A stretch of 64,000 nt of DNA from Planctomycetota bacterium. GTDB taxonomy: Bacteria; Planctomycetota; B15-G4; SIAN01. The notes under the pieces were generated by a model that saw only the letters and a program-made list of their open reading frames with translations, made no database searches and was not told the origin of the DNA. A program made the translations under genes and the position numbers. Below, one piece after another: positions 9,624 through 20,307 of the stretch. How positions within the stretch are numbered: the first letter of the stretch is position 1; each line of letters starts with the position of its first letter. The stretch is from positions 57,454 through 121,453 of the forward strand of contig JANQQL010000047.1 in the NCBI GenBank assembly GCA_028289345.1, read 5' to 3'.

Positions 9624-10910
9624 CTACGACTCCCGACGGTAAAGGCGGGTGACTGCTAGGAACACGAGAACGAACAACACGCTGCTGGCGAGGAAGACCT
9701 GGCCGCCCAACCATGGGTAAAGCAAGCCGCCCAGGCAGAGCCCGACGATCGACGCGAGAGAGCCCGCGCTAGAAAGTGCCCCCTGCAAGGATCCCTGGTC
9801 GGGCTCGGGCACGAGACTCGCCGCTTGCGCCTGAAAGGTCGGCCAGGCCAGGCCGTTTCCAAGAGCGAACAAGCCTGCGCCGGCAAAGGCGGCGACGCTC
9901 GAGGCGCCGCTGAACGCGACAAACGAAAGAGCGAGCCCGGCAAGGCCGAGGGCGAACACCGTCTTCGCCCTCGCGTGGGAACTCACGGTACTCAGCAACG
10001 GCCCCTGCATGAACAACATCGCCGCCGACATCGTCGAGTAGAAGACTCCCATCTTCCCCGGATTCCATCCGATACGCCCGGTCGCGTGCACGGGAAACGC
10101 CGCATAGAAGATGTTGAATCCGAGGAACATCACGAACGACACGATCAACGCGAGTCGAACGTCGGGGATACGGAGAGCACTCCGCAGGCTTCCCTTCTCT
10201 TGTGACTTGTCACACGGAACCTGCTGCTGACTGAGTGCCCGAGTGATGGCTCGCGGTGGTGGTGGCCCCTCCGGGCAACGCCCTCCTGGATCTTTCAAGC
10301 GCAAGCACAGAAACACACCGACCAGCGCAATGACCATGGCAGCAACCACGGGCCACCGGTAGGGATCGTGATCCGTGGCAAGGAGTCCAGCAAGCGCGGG
10401 ACCCGCCATGAACCCCACCGACGCAGCCATGCCCATCCGGCCGAAAGCGCGCTGGCGCTCCTTCTTGGCATCTCTTGTGATGTCCGCCACGTAGGCGTTC
10501 GCCACCGAGATGTTTCCCCCCGTGAGGCCGTCAATGAACCGCGCCAGGAACACCAGCAACAACGGAACCGTCACCGTCGTCCCGGCGAAATCTCCCAGGG
10601 GTTGGCGAGGAACCACCAGAGCCACGAGAAACAGCAGCCAGGCAACGACGGTCCCTCCCTGGCTAACCGCCAAGACGACCTTGCGTCCCGTGTGATCCGA
10701 CCAGCGCCCGAGAAGGGGAGCGCCGATCGCTTGGGCTGCGGAGTAGGTGGCACCGAGCACCCCGTAGGTCCAGGCCGCGCCTCCGAGATCGGCGACCAGG
10801 AAAACCAGAATGGGCAGAGCGATGGAGAAACCGAGGGTTCCGCAAAGATGCACGACGAGGATCGGAGCGAGAGTCTTCCAGCCGACTCGCGGGGCTTGGA
10901 CTTCACTCAT
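9624..10910 (-). CDS. MFS transporter, DHA1/TetA-like
   Basis: About 12 TM helices; motif A LGRWSDHTGRK; ARFIDGLTGGNISVANAYVADIT. Confidence 0.88.
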   Translation of the reverse strand: MSEVQAPRVGWKTLAPILVVHLCGTLGFSIALPILVFLVADLGGAAWTYGVLGATYSAAQAIGAPLLGRWSDHTGRKVVLAVSQGGTVVAWLLFLVALVVPRQPLGDFAGTTVTVPLLLVFLARFIDGLTGGNISVANAYVADITRDAKKERQRAFGRMGMAASVGFMAGPALAGLLATDHDPYRWPVVAAMVIALVGVFLCLRLKDPGGRCPEGPPPPRAITRALSQQQVPCDKSQEKGSLRSALRIPDVRLALIVSFVMFLGFNIFYAAFPVHATGRIGWNPGKMGVFYSTMSAAMLFMQGPLLSTVSSHARAKTVFALGLAGLALSFVAFSGASSVAAFAGAGLFALGNGLAWPTFQAQAASLVPEPDQGSLQGALSSAGSLASIVGLCLGGLLYPWLGGQVFLASSVLFVLVFLAVTRLYRRES

Positions 10911-11477
10911 CCCGGCACGCTTTCATAGGCTCGGTCGACAAGTCGAATCTCATGAACACGGCTCTTCTTGTCCAGCCACGCGAACGGGCCCACGGGTCGG
11001 CGCTCCCTGGTCGGCAAGGGGCGTCTGACCTCGGCCCCCCCTCCCACGGTGCGGTGCCTTGATGCTTGGGCCATGGCGCCTCACCCTCGAACCCGGAAGT
11101 GGAGGGCTTCATCCCTTCGCCCGGGTTCTCGATCACTCGATTATGTCCTGTCGTTTGCACATGTCCTGGCGGGATTCTCGCGGCGGGACTCCGTTTGGAA
11201 AGGATGAGCGCATGGACCGGAGCGATCCAAATAAGTCGCTACCTCGGGTCGCTGGGGCATTGTCTGGGACGCAATCGCGGGCGCAAACCGCCTCATCATG
11301 AAGACCGGCTTGAGTCTGCTCATTCGATCCAGGGGGCAGAAATCGAGCGCGCGAACGGGCCCCGCGGCACTCGACTTTCGGCAATCACCGAACGACGACA
11401 AGGCTCCTGCATGTTGGGCTCGGGGTATAAACCACTCCTTGTGCAAGCACGAACCGAAGACGAGACCGACCCACGAC

Positions 11478-13124
11478 ATGACAACACGCAAGCCGAGAGC
11501 ATCCATCCCGACCAACGAACTGGAGAAAGCCGCCTGGCCATCTCTCAGCCCGGATTTGGTCGAGCAGATTGCGCAAGCCGGCATCCGGCTGGACACGAAA
11601 CGCGGTGAGGTTCTGTTCGACGTTGGCCAGGAGCGGTACGACTTCTACTACGTCGAGCGGGGCGTCCTTGAAGCCATTGACCGTTCCAACGACCATGTCG
11701 TTGTTCAAGTGAAAGAAGGAAACTTCGTCGGTGAGTTGGGAATGCTCATGGGACAACGGGCATTCCTCGCCGTGGTCGTTGCCGAGGCGGGCCGTGTCAT
11801 CCGTCTCCGGCAAGGCGATCTCATGCAGATGATGCATGCCGTGCCAGAACTCGCCGACACGATCGTGACTGCCTATGCGGCCCGGCGCCGACTGTTGGTG
11901 AACTGGGGGGAAGGGGGGCTCATCATCATCGGCTCGGAGGGCGACAGCAAAGCGCTGCGCCTTCGCGAGTTCGCAAGTCGAAGCCGGCTCCCCTATCGCT
12001 GGGTGCCGCGGAGTGACACGGCGGCCATGAACGAGGTTTCCAAGCTCTGCGAGGTTCCTGCAACAGGCACCGTTGTCGTCACCGGCCGTTCTCAAGTTCT
12101 TCCTGAGCCGACGCCGAAAGCACTGGCTTGCGTCATCGGAATGGATCTGGCTGCCGACAACACCTCCCTCTTCGACGTGATCGTCATCGGAGCCGGCCCC
12201 GGAGGGCTAGCCGCCGCGGTTTATGCCTCCTCGGAAGGGCTCGACGTCCTTGTCGTTGAAGACACGGCGATCGGCGGACAAGCCGGCACTTCTTCCAGAA
12301 TCGAAAACTACCTCGGGTTCCCTGCGGGAATCTCCGGAGCGGAACTCGCTTTCCGCAGTAGCGTCCAGGCCATCAAGTTTGGAGCGCGGATTGCTGCTCC
12401 GCGGCGAGCAACCCGGCTCACACGGGAAAATGACCTCTTCTGTGTGACTCTGGATGACGGAGATACGGTCCGAGGTCGAACCGTGGTGCTCGCAAACGGC
12501 GTCCAGTACCGCCGGCTGCCGCTCGCGAGGCTTGAAGAACTGGAAGGTCAGGGAGTGTATTACGCCGCCACCGATCTCGAGGCCCGCTTCTGCCGAGACA
12601 CAGAGGTGGTGATCGTTGGTGGGGGAAACTCGGCCGGCCAAGCCGCCATGTTCCTTTCCCGTTTCGCGTCAAAGACCCACGTCGTTGTTCGCGGGGAGGG
12701 CCTCGCGGTCACGATGTCCGCCTACCTGTCCGACCGAGTCGAGCCAGACCAACGCATTCAGCTTTGGACTCGCACCAGCGTGTCGGCGCTTGTGGGCGAG
12801 AGTCATCTGGAGCAAGTCGTTCTGAGAAACAACGACACCGGGGAGGAGTCCACCATCCGGTCGAAAGCTCTCTTCATCATGATTGGAGCAGCGCCAAACA
12901 CCGACTGGCTCGACGGTCAGGTAGCCTTGGATGAGAAAGGGTTCGTTCGGACGGGTCGCGATGTCGGACCAGAGTTCGACGGGTTTGCCACGTCTCTGCC
13001 TGGCATCTACGCGGTTGGCGATATCCGCTCGGGATCAGTGAAGAGAGTCGCTTCGGCCGTCGGCGAAGGCTCTGTAGTGATCGCTGCCGTGCACGAGTAT
13101 CTCAGCGCGCACACAGAACCCTGA
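11478..13124 (+). CDS. cNMP-binding domain + thioredoxin reductase-like FAD oxidoreductase
   Basis: N-terminal cNMP domain (GEVLF...GNFVGELGML); GAGPGGLAAAVY, GGQAGTSSRIENYLGFP, GGGNSAGQAA, AVGDIRSGSVKRVASAVGEG. Confidence 0.9.
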   Translation: MTTRKPRASIPTNELEKAAWPSLSPDLVEQIAQAGIRLDTKRGEVLFDVGQERYDFYYVERGVLEAIDRSNDHVVVQVKEGNFVGELGMLMGQRAFLAVVVAEAGRVIRLRQGDLMQMMHAVPELADTIVTAYAARRRLLVNWGEGGLIIIGSEGDSKALRLREFASRSRLPYRWVPRSDTAAMNEVSKLCEVPATGTVVVTGRSQVLPEPTPKALACVIGMDLAADNTSLFDVIVIGAGPGGLAAAVYASSEGLDVLVVEDTAIGGQAGTSSRIENYLGFPAGISGAELAFRSSVQAIKFGARIAAPRRATRLTRENDLFCVTLDDGDTVRGRTVVLANGVQYRRLPLARLEELEGQGVYYAATDLEARFCRDTEVVIVGGGNSAGQAAMFLSRFASKTHVVVRGEGLAVTMSAYLSDRVEPDQRIQLWTRTSVSALVGESHLEQVVLRNNDTGEESTIRSKALFIMIGAAPNTDWLDGQVALDEKGFVRTGRDVGPEFDGFATSLPGIYAVGDIRSGSVKRVASAVGEGSVVIAAVHEYLSAHTEP

Positions 13125-13557
13125 ATCCGCTCTCTGGAAACGGGAACTCGAACGACGCTTGAAGTCACTCCGGGACCTCGTCCCGCGCTGCTTCGATGAT
13201 CCAGGGAACCGCGAGGATTTGCGCGGCCATTCGCTTTCACGAACCGCCGTATGATTCCCTCTCCGAAGCAAGACGCGCTTCCACCACCGGGAAGGGCTCC
13301 ACGATGGACTTTCAAGGGAGGGTCGCTGTCTTGCTCCGCGGAGCAACCAGGACATTCCGCTCTCCCTTGTGATGAGTCGTCGATCACACGGTTCCTAAGA
13401 ATCACCGGCAAGCAGGATTGAATTCGAGGAGAGTGCTCGGGACCGCCCTTCGTTGTTTCATTGCGCCATGTTTAGGATCGGAAGAAAAACTCTTGAGCCT
13501 TCACGAACGGAGAAATGGTCCACGCTCGGGGCTCTCGAGGGATGACGGGGACAAAGA

Positions 13558-15042
13558 TTGAACACTGATCCAAGCGCGCGGGACCGGGCAAGTGTTCTTG
13601 CGAAGCTGACGCCAGCAATCTGGTTCGGCCTACTGTCCGGGTGCGGCCTCGTGGGGCCCGACTACACCCCCCCACCGGCCGACGCACCGGATTCCTATCT
13701 GGCGGACCGGCATCGAGGTCTGGTCGACGGAGCGACGGAACTCTCCGAATGGTGGAAGAACCTCGGCGATCCGACGCTCGACTCGTTGATCCAAAGATCT
13801 TTGCAAAACAACCTCGATCTGCGCGAGGCTCTGGCTCGGATCCGCGAAGCACGGGCGCGACGCGTGATCACCGGAACACAGCTCCTGCCAACCATCGATG
13901 CGAGCGGTTCGTTCTCGCGTGACCAGCGCAGCGACGAGATTGCCAACGGGGAGTTCGGCGTCCGGGTGGCAAACACTTACGCAGTCGGACTCGACGCCAG
14001 CTGGGAGGTGGATCTCTGGGGGCGCATCCGGCGGATCAACGAGGCGGCGTCCGCGGAGATCGGTTTGTCCGTCGAAGATGCCCGGGACGCATTGGTGTCC
14101 GTCCTTGCCGAGACGGCACTCAACTATGTCGAACTGCGCAACTCCCAAGAGTTGATACGGATTGCCCAGGCCAACATTGAACTACAAGAGCAGACGGTCG
14201 AACTCACTCGCAATCAGTTCAACGCCAACCTGGTCAGTCAGCTCGACGTCTCCCAGGCTCGCTCCAATCTGGAAAGCACCCGGGCATCCCTTCCTCCGTT
14301 GAAAGCCGACGCGCGTGCGGCACGAAACCGGCTGGCCGTGCTTCTGGGCATGTTCCCCGGTGCCCTGGAAGAAGAACTGCGCTCGCCCGCACCGATTCCT
14401 TCGCCAGCTTCTCAGGTCGCGGTCGGGATTCCCGCCGACATCATTCGCCAGCGGCCGGACATCCGACGCGCCGAACGAGAACTCGCTGCCGAGACCGCTC
14501 GCATCGGGATCGCCGAAGGAGACCTGTACCCCAGACTCTCTTTACTCGGGAGCATCGGACTGCAAGCGGAACACTCCTCGGACCTGCTCGACGGCCGTGC
14601 GGCCGCTTTCCGCATCGCTCCCTCCCTGACCTGGAACGTGTTCGACCGACGTCGCATCCGGGGCAACATCGAGGTTGCCGATGCACGGCAAGAGCAAGCA
14701 CTGCTTCGCTACGAACGCTCGGTGCTCCGAGCTCTTGAAGAAACCGAGAACGCGATGGTCCGATTCGCCTACGACCAAGATCGGCGCGACTCTCTCGAAA
14801 CAGCGGTGGCCCAAGCACGCCGCGCGGTGGAGCTTTCCGAGGACCAGTACCGGCAAGGGCTGGTCAGCTTTCAGTCAGTGCTGGACAGCCAGAGATTCCT
14901 GTTCGGAATCGAGAGTTCCCTGGCCTCCACTCGCGCTTCGATCACCACAGACCTCATCTCTTTGTACAAAGCCCTGGGCGGTGGCTGGGAATGCCGCGAC
15001 GTGGTACTCACTGAATCTCCAAAAGAAGGATCCGACCCGTGA
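13558..15042 (+). CDS. RND efflux outer membrane lipoprotein (NodT/OprN family)
   Basis: Lipobox LLSGC-GLVGPDY; WW..LGDPTL; SWEVDLWGRIRR; RPDIRRAER; LYKALGGGW; start codon (TTG) uncertain. Confidence 0.9.
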   Translation: MNTDPSARDRASVLAKLTPAIWFGLLSGCGLVGPDYTPPPADAPDSYLADRHRGLVDGATELSEWWKNLGDPTLDSLIQRSLQNNLDLREALARIREARARRVITGTQLLPTIDASGSFSRDQRSDEIANGEFGVRVANTYAVGLDASWEVDLWGRIRRINEAASAEIGLSVEDARDALVSVLAETALNYVELRNSQELIRIAQANIELQEQTVELTRNQFNANLVSQLDVSQARSNLESTRASLPPLKADARAARNRLAVLLGMFPGALEEELRSPAPIPSPASQVAVGIPADIIRQRPDIRRAERELAAETARIGIAEGDLYPRLSLLGSIGLQAEHSSDLLDGRAAAFRIAPSLTWNVFDRRRIRGNIEVADARQEQALLRYERSVLRALEETENAMVRFAYDQDRRDSLETAVAQARRAVELSEDQYRQGLVSFQSVLDSQRFLFGIESSLASTRASITTDLISLYKALGGGWECRDVVLTESPKEGSDP

Positions 15043-16406
15043 ACGGCCGATGGCTCCGCGGCATTCCTGCAATCTGTGTCCTGACCGCTTGCGGTGAGCA
15101 GCCGGCCCCGCAAGGTCCTCCGCCACCTCCGCAAGTCACGGTGGCTCATCCGGTGGTCCGCGACATCGTGGAGTGGGACCGCTACACCGGGCGCCTCGCA
15201 GCCACCGAGTCGGTGGAGGTCCGAGCGAGAGTGTCCGGCTACCTGCAGTCCATCCACTTCCAAGAAGGGCAATTGGTGGAAAAGGGAGACCTGCTCGCGG
15301 TGATCGACCGACGTCCTTACGAGGCCGAGCTGCACCGGGCCAAAGCGCTCCGCGAAGAGGCGGGAGCGGGGATGGAACGAGCCCAAGCACTCCTTGCCCA
15401 AGCCGAGGCCTCGTTGACCCAGGCGGAGTCTGCACGCAAACTCGCAAAGATCCGCCTCGACAACGCGCTTCTCGCCGTGGAGACCAACTCCATCGCCCAA
15501 GAACAGGTCGACGTCCGGCGCAGTGAGTTCGCCCAAGCCGAAGCCTCCGTCGGCAAGGCCCAGGCCTCGATCGCCTCAGCGAATGCCGAGATCGCCACGG
15601 CCAACGCCGCCATCCACACCGCGGAAGCCGAGGTCGAACGAGCCAACTTGGATCTTCGCTACACGCGCATCGAGGCCGCGATCTCGGGACGCATCAGTGA
15701 CCGGCTCGTGACCAAGGGGAACCTCATCCAGGGCGGAAGCTTGGGTGCCACGTTGCTGACCACAATCGTGTCTCTGGATCCGATGCACGTCTACTTCGAT
15801 GCAAACGAGCAAGAGTTCTTGAAGTATCTGCGGCTCTCGACGTCGGGAGAACGGCCGAGTTCTCGCGAGTACAAGAATCCGGTGTACTTGGCGTTGATCG
15901 ATGAAGAAGGCTACCCCCATCAAGGACACATTGACTTCGTCGACAACAGAATCGACACCAACACCGGGACGATTCGCGGCCGAGCCATCTTTCGCAACGG
16001 GGACTTGACCCTCACTCCGGGGTTATTCGCCACCGTGAGAATCCCCGGCAGCGCCCGCTACGACGCGATCATGGTCCCCGACGCGGCGATCGGCTCCAAT
16101 CAGTCCCAGCGTTTCGTGATGATGGTCGATGACACCAACACCGTCAGTCCCCGGGCGGTCACGCCTGGTCCCCTGGTCGATGGTTTGCGTGTCATTCGCG
16201 AAGGCCTGGATGGATCCGAGCGCATCGTCATTGGCGGGCTGCAACGTGCTCGGCCCGGCAGTGTGGTCACTCCCGTTGACGGGACGATCGAAGTCGATGA
16301 ACTCGACGATCACCTCCCGAATGACTACCAGCCCCTTCCAGAAGATGAGTGGATCACCGTCGACTCGGATCCCTTGCCCGAAGACGAAACGGGGAACGAT
16401 CGATGA
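15039..16406 (+). CDS. RND efflux periplasmic adaptor (MexE-like)
   Basis: Lipobox LTAC; VEVRARVSGYL; coiled coil; IEAAISGRIS; FVDNRIDTNTGTIRGRA; GTGA overlap. Confidence 0.92.
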   Translation: MNGRWLRGIPAICVLTACGEQPAPQGPPPPPQVTVAHPVVRDIVEWDRYTGRLAATESVEVRARVSGYLQSIHFQEGQLVEKGDLLAVIDRRPYEAELHRAKALREEAGAGMERAQALLAQAEASLTQAESARKLAKIRLDNALLAVETNSIAQEQVDVRRSEFAQAEASVGKAQASIASANAEIATANAAIHTAEAEVERANLDLRYTRIEAAISGRISDRLVTKGNLIQGGSLGATLLTTIVSLDPMHVYFDANEQEFLKYLRLSTSGERPSSREYKNPVYLALIDEEGYPHQGHIDFVDNRIDTNTGTIRGRAIFRNGDLTLTPGLFATVRIPGSARYDAIMVPDAAIGSNQSQRFVMMVDDTNTVSPRAVTPGPLVDGLRVIREGLDGSERIVIGGLQRARPGSVVTPVDGTIEVDELDDHLPNDYQPLPEDEWITVDSDPLPEDETGNDR

Positions 16407-19400
16407 ACATGCCGCAGTTCTTTATCGGGAGGCCGCGTTTCGCGGTCGTCCTGTCACTGGTCGTCCTGCTAATCGGCGGTATCTCCTACTTCCAGCTGCC
16501 GATTTCTCAGTATCCAGAAGTGGCCCCCCCCACGGTCGTGGTCACCGCCAGCTACCCGGGAGCGACCCCGGAAACCATCGCCGAGACCGTCGCCACCCCG
16601 CTGGAACAGGAGATCAACGGGGTCGAGGACATGCTGTACCTGGAATCCCAGTCCACGGTCGATGGCCGCATGACCCTGACCGTGACCTTCAAGCTCGGCA
16701 CGGACATCGACAAGGCCCAAGTCCTGGTCCAGAATCGGGTCTCCGTAGCCGAAGCAAGACTCCCGCCCGAGGTACGGCAGATCGGGGTGACCACCCGCAA
16801 GAGTTCCCCCGACCTCCTGATGGTGGTTCACATGCTGTCTCCCGACGACAGTCTGAGCCAGCTGTTCATCGGCAACTACGTCTTCCTCCAAGTTCGGGAC
16901 GTTCTCGCTCGCCTGGACGGGGTTGGAGACGTGCAAGTCTTCGGCGGCAGTCAGTACAGCATGCGAGTCTGGCTCGACATCGAACGACTCGCGTCGTTAG
17001 AGCTCACACCGGGTGACGTGATCGGGGCTCTTCGCGAGCAGAACGTCCAGGTGGCCTCAGGAGCGATTGGACAGGAACCGATGGGCCGACCCGGCGCATT
17101 CGAGATCACCGTATCCAGTCAGGGCCGGCTGCGCGAAGCGTCCGAGTTCGAGGACATTATTCTCAAATCGGGAACGGGCGGGCGCCTGGTTCGGTTGAGA
17201 GATGTGGCGCGCATCGAACTCGGCGCCCAAGACTACGCGGTACGCAGCTATCTCGACGGGAGCAATGCCGTGGCACTGGTCGTGTTCCAGCGACCGGGAT
17301 CCAATGCCATTGACACCGCGCGCAGCGTCAATGTCGCCATGGACGAACTCGCTCAAACCTTCCCCGCCGGGCTCGAGCATCGGGTGGTCTACAACCCGAC
17401 CGAGTTCGTGGAAGCCTCGATCGATGAAGTGTTCAACACCTTGCTGATCTCCGCGCTGTTGGTCGTGTTGACGGTGTTCGTGTTTCTCCAAAACTGGCGC
17501 ACGACGATCATTCCGGTCGTGGCGATCCCCATCTCCCTGATCGGCACGTTCGCGGTCATGCAGGCACTCGGAGTGACCTTGAACAGTCTCTCCCTGTTCG
17601 GCTTGGTCCTTGCGATCGGCATCGTTGTCGACGATGCCATCGTCGTGGTCGAAAACGTCGAACGTCTCATTGGAGGCGGTCTCGGCCCACGAGAAGCGGC
17701 CCGCCAGGCGATGAAGGAAGTGGGTTCTGCGCTCGTCGCAACGACGCTGGTACTCATCGCAGTGTTCGTGCCCACCGCCTTCATCGCTGGCCTCAGCGGA
17801 CAGTTCTATCGCCAGTTCGCACTCACCATTGCCTCGGCAACTGCGATCTCAACCTTCGTGTCTCTGACTTTGAGCCCGGCCCTCGCAGCAATCTTGTTGC
17901 GCCCTAAGGAGAAGGCACGCGGCCTACGCCGGCTCTTTGATCTGGCCTTTGGGTGGTTCTTCTGGATTTTCAACAAGGTGTTCGACGTGGCCAGCCGTCT
18001 GTATGCCCGACTCGTCGCCGGGGCGCTTCGGGCCAGCCCTCTGGTCTTGCTGATCTTCGTGGCCCTTCTCGGTGCGACGTACTTTGCCTTCCGCATAGTC
18101 CCCACCGGGTTCATTCCCGCTCAGGATCAGGGCTACCTGATCGTCGCGATCCAGCTGCCGGACGGCGCGTCGCTCGAACGCACCGACCAGGTGGTCCACC
18201 AGGTCGCAAACCTCGCCCTCGAGACTCCCGGCATCGCGAACGCGGTCGCCTTCACGGGATTCTCCGGAGCGACCCGGGTGAACAGCTCCAACGCGGCGGC
18301 AATCTTCACCGCCCTGGAAGATGCCTCCGATCGAGCAGAGAAAGGACTGACTGCAGACACCGTCCTGTCCGATCTGAGAGCTCGCATCTCGACCGTCGAA
18401 GAGGCTCTCATCTTTGCGCTCGCTCCACCGCCAATCCCCGGAATTGGCACCGGCGGTGGTTTCAAAATGCAAATTCAGGACCGTGCCGGCGTGGGCTTTC
18501 AGGCCCTGCACGACGCGGCCTGGGCCGTTGCTGGGCAGGCCAACCAGAAGGAAGGCCTGGTGCAGGTCTTCTCGAACTTCTCTCTCGGGGCGCCCCAGCT
18601 CTTCGCTGACATCAACCGCACCAAGGCCCGCATGCTGGACGTGCCGATCGGGGCAATCAACGAAGCCCTCCAGGTCTACCTTGGATCGGTGTTCGTCAAC
18701 GACTTCAACTACCTGGGCCGCGTGTACCGCGTGACCGCTCAGGCCGAATCCGAGTTTCGCGATGAAGAAGACGATGTCCTGAAGCTCCGTACCCGAAGCT
18801 CGAACGGTGCCATTGTGCCGCTCGGTTCCTTGGTCACCCTGCAACGGAAGACCGCACCGTCACGAGTGGTTCGCTACAACCTCTATCCCGCGGCTGACGT
18901 GAACGGAGACACGCTTCCTGGATTCTCCACCGGTCGGAGCCTGGAGATCATGGAAGAGCTTGCCGAGAACACCCTTCCCGCCACCATGGGCTTCCAGTGG
19001 ACGGACCTCGCCTTCCAGGCTCGCACGGTAGGGAACACGGCTCCTTTCATCTTCGCCCTGTGCGTCCTCCTGGCCTTCCTTTCTCTGGCAGCCCAGTACG
19101 AGAGCTGGCTGCTCCCCCTCGCGGTAATCTTGATCGTCCCTCTCACCTTGTTGTTCGGCCTCGGGGGAATCGCGCTGCGAGGCATGGAGAATGACATCCT
19201 CGTCCAGATCGGATTCGTGCTACTCGTCGGGCTCGCGTGCAAGAACGCCATTTTGATCGTCGAGTTCGCCAAGGAGTTGGAAGACAGCGGCATGAGCCCA
19301 TTCGACGCGGCGGTCGAAGCCTGCCGCCTGCGCCTTCGCCCGGTTTTGATGACCGCCCTCTCGTTCATTCTGGGCGTCGTCCCACTCATGTTTGCCACCA

Positions 19401-19564
19401 GCGCGGGCTCGGAGATGCGACGGTCACTCGGCACGACTGTGTTCAGCGGCATGGTCGGGGTCACGTTCTGCGGACTGATCATGACCCCGGTGTTCTACGT
19501 GACGTTGCGCAAGCTCGCTTTGAGACGAAGACGTCGAGAAGAGACACCGGCGATCTCGCCTTGA
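16403..19564 (+). CDS. RND efflux permease, HAE1 (MexF-like)
   Basis: FFIGRPRFA, LPISQYPEVAPP, GIVVDDAIVVVENVER, KNAILIVEFA, RLRPVLMTAL; ATGA overlap. Confidence 0.95.
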   Translation: MNMPQFFIGRPRFAVVLSLVVLLIGGISYFQLPISQYPEVAPPTVVVTASYPGATPETIAETVATPLEQEINGVEDMLYLESQSTVDGRMTLTVTFKLGTDIDKAQVLVQNRVSVAEARLPPEVRQIGVTTRKSSPDLLMVVHMLSPDDSLSQLFIGNYVFLQVRDVLARLDGVGDVQVFGGSQYSMRVWLDIERLASLELTPGDVIGALREQNVQVASGAIGQEPMGRPGAFEITVSSQGRLREASEFEDIILKSGTGGRLVRLRDVARIELGAQDYAVRSYLDGSNAVALVVFQRPGSNAIDTARSVNVAMDELAQTFPAGLEHRVVYNPTEFVEASIDEVFNTLLISALLVVLTVFVFLQNWRTTIIPVVAIPISLIGTFAVMQALGVTLNSLSLFGLVLAIGIVVDDAIVVVENVERLIGGGLGPREAARQAMKEVGSALVATTLVLIAVFVPTAFIAGLSGQFYRQFALTIASATAISTFVSLTLSPALAAILLRPKEKARGLRRLFDLAFGWFFWIFNKVFDVASRLYARLVAGALRASPLVLLIFVALLGATYFAFRIVPTGFIPAQDQGYLIVAIQLPDGASLERTDQVVHQVANLALETPGIANAVAFTGFSGATRVNSSNAAAIFTALEDASDRAEKGLTADTVLSDLRARISTVEEALIFALAPPPIPGIGTGGGFKMQIQDRAGVGFQALHDAAWAVAGQANQKEGLVQVFSNFSLGAPQLFADINRTKARMLDVPIGAINEALQVYLGSVFVNDFNYLGRVYRVTAQAESEFRDEEDDVLKLRTRSSNGAIVPLGSLVTLQRKTAPSRVVRYNLYPAADVNGDTLPGFSTGRSLEIMEELAENTLPATMGFQWTDLAFQARTVGNTAPFIFALCVLLAFLSLAAQYESWLLPLAVILIVPLTLLFGLGGIALRGMENDILVQIGFVLLVGLACKNAILIVEFAKELEDSGMSPFDAAVEACRLRLRPVLMTALSFILGVVPLMFATSAGSEMRRSLGTTVFSGMVGVTFCGLIMTPVFYVTLRKLALRRRRREETPAISP

Positions 19565-19647
19565 CCCTGTCGGACAGGTTCATCGATCTGTACCGGGCCC
19601 CGGAAAGAAACTCGAAGGGGAACCACCGCTGCGAGGAATCGCCCCGT

Positions 19648-20076
19648 TCAGGCCCGCCACCGTCCCTGTTGGAAAGCTCCGATCAGGGTCTTCGCTCGCC
19701 CAGCGCCCATCTGCATGAATGACTTGCCTTGGGCGAAGAAGTCGTTCAATCCGGGAATCTCTTCGAGGTCTTTCTTGGTCACCCGGGGATATCCCATCGA
19801 CCACTCCCCGAAGGCTCGCTCTTCGATCTCCTCGGTAATCAGTTTTCGCACGCTGTGGTGGCGAGGGTCGCGCTCGATCTTGGAATAGAGAGCTTCGACG
19901 TCGGCCTCTTCCCCCTCGAGGACCTGGAAGAAAGCTCCGGACTCGAACAGCAGCATGCCAGTGATCTCGCGCGATGCGTTGTTCACTCGACTTTGCTCGA
20001 GGATCTCCTCAAGCTCATCATTGGAGAGGTTCTGATTGGTCGCGGCGCTACAGTAGATGCAGTGAATAAGAGCCAT
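19648..20076 (-). CDS. Stand-alone BLUF domain protein (blue-light sensor)
   Basis: Conserved BLUF residues: Y8, ILEQSRVNN...ITGML, FFQVLEG, IERDPRH, RAFGEWSM. Confidence 0.92.
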   Translation of the reverse strand: MALIHCIYCSAATNQNLSNDELEEILEQSRVNNASREITGMLLFESGAFFQVLEGEEADVEALYSKIERDPRHHSVRKLITEEIEERAFGEWSMGYPRVTKKDLEEIPGLNDFFAQGKSFMQMGAGRAKTLIGAFQQGRWRA

Positions 20077-20307
20077 GGAAAATCATCGCCTGAATATTGA
20101 CTTCGGCAAACTCTGATTCTCATGCCAGCAAAAAGGGCGCACAACCCAGCGGATGGCGACCGATCCAAGGGAGCCGTTCTCACCGATTGTTCGCCGCAGA
20201 AGCACCATCTTGCCGAGGAGAACGCGGGGAGCCTCCCTTTTTTCCCTGACACAGATGGAAGGGAAAAGGGTACGGGATGGGCCCTGCTCGAAGCTCCGTC
20301 TATCTCT

